The notes beneath the pieces were generated by a model that did no database searches, was not told where the DNA came from, and saw nothing but the letters and a program-made list of their open reading frames with translations. Shown piece by piece: positions 62,620 to 64,000 of a stretch of 64,000 bases of DNA. The position numbers were made by a program, and so were the translations under genes. This DNA is from Raja brachyura (taxonomy: Eukaryota): assembly GCA_963514005.1 (NCBI GenBank), contig OY740783.1, forward strand, positions 6,262,001-6,326,000, in the 5' to 3' direction. Each line of letters starts with the position of its first letter. Within the stretch, counting starts at the first letter, position 1.

Positions 62620-62819
62620 CTGAAAGAAAATAAACTTCATTGGAATTGCTCTAAAACAATCGTCAATTAATATTGACACATTATTTTGACCAAAAAAAAA
62701 ATCACTTTTTCCGATTAAACGTAGCCACCCACTCACTTGGACTTGCAGAGATGTTGCTAAATTCTTTGTTTATCATGGTACATCGAGTGCTCGTAAATGG
62801 GGAAATTATAGCTCGGTAA

Positions 62820-63087
62820 TGCCCCTGTCCCACTTAGGAAACCTGAACGGAAACCTCTGGAGACTTTGCGCCCTACCCAAGGTTTCCGTGCGGTTCCCGG
62901 AGGTTTTTGTCAGGTTCCCGGAGGTTTTTTCAAATTTGTGAAATAATGGCCGGAACATAGAAGAAGCGGAAACCACTTTCGACCATTAGGGAGACTGACG
63001 AAAACCTCCGGGAACCGCACGGAAACATTGGGTGGGGCGCAAAGTCTTAGAGGCTTCCGTTCTGGTTTCCTAAGATGGACAGGGGCA
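62820..63087. mobile_element. PIF/Harbinger-type MITE
   Basis: TIRs TGCCCCTGTCCCACTTAGGAAACC / GGTTTCCTAAGATGGACAGGGGCA; TAA TSD at 62817-62819 and 63088-63090. Confidence 0.85.
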
Positions 63088-63569
63088 TAAGTAGTTGTCA
63101 CTTGGATGTTATGGGCCAACTGTTCTGCTTCTGTCCTCTATGTCTGTGTCTGTGCTTTTAATACCCTTGATAATGTTCTCAACATGATGCACTCAGCCGC
63201 TTCGATTGTTCGCGAGTTAAAATGTAACTTATCTACGGATAGATCAGTTCCTCGCGATTTATATGAACGTGCTCGTGATGATAATACATTTATGAGCACT
63301 CTTTTCAAGCTCTCTTCCAAGTCATTTTGGTTTTTTATGATTTTGTAAATGGTGAATTGCCTCGATAATTGAAGCACCGCCTTCCGTTCCATGCCAAGAA
63401 CGAACGACAGTGCTTCGGTATTATAAATATCGCTCTCGCCCCTCGGTGCCAGGAAACAAAACTCACCGTTTTATCCAATCAACAACAGCAGATGGTGTTC
63501 AATTTTTTTTTTTAAAGCAAAGAGCTGGAATAATTTAGCGGGCAAGGCATATTGTCACTTTCAGTTGAG

Positions 63570-63975
63570 ATAGAAACATAGAAAATAGGTGCAGGAGGAG
63601 GCCATTTGGCCCTTCGAGCCAGCACCGCCTTTCATTGTGATCACGGCTGATCGTCCCCAATCAAGAACCCGTACCTGCCTTCTCCCCATATCCCTTGACT
63701 CCACTAGCCCCTAGAGCTCTATCTAACTCTCTCTTAAATCCATCCAGTGACTTGGCCTCCACTGCCCTCTGTGGCAGGGAATTCCATAAATTCACAATTC
63801 TCGGGGTGAAAACTTTTTTTCTCACCTCAGTCTTAAATGACCTCCCCTTTATTCTAAGACTGTGGCCCCTGGTTCTGGACTCGCGCAACATTGGGAACAT
63901 TTTTCCTGCATCTAGCTTGTCCAGTCCTTTTATAATTTTATATGTTTATATGTTTCTATAAGATTCCCCCTCACC
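63570..63975 (-). mobile_element. CR1 3' fragment
   Basis: SRTRGHSLRIKG..GYGEKAG plus tail. Confidence 0.9.
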
Positions 63976-64000
63976 AGCAGTGCTACCCCCCCTCCTCTGC

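Overview
This is vertebrate genomic DNA, almost certainly from a cartilaginous fish (skate- or ray-like). The right end (about 54.9-62.6 kb, minus strand) holds the 3' part of an apparently intact IgM heavy-chain gene: CH2, CH3, CH4 plus secretory tail, TM1 and TM2. TM1 appears to use a non-canonical GC splice donor. The other ~54 kb is a dense, nested retroelement field. It contains four DIRS1-type tyrosine-recombinase retrotransposon copies, many CR1 LINEs (one near full length), a TSD-bounded L1/Tx1, Rex1/Babar LINEs, Penelope-type repeats with hammerhead cores, a solo LTR, SINEs, MITEs and minisatellites. The most striking observation is a DIRS copy (21297-26161) with perfectly complementary terminal and ICR structures but heavily decayed ORFs. 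Its gag region carries sense-oriented pieces of both U6 and U2 spliceosomal snRNAs, so it is a candidate non-autonomous DIRS lineage that captured snRNA. All calls come from reading the sequence by eye, and most TE boundaries are approximate.
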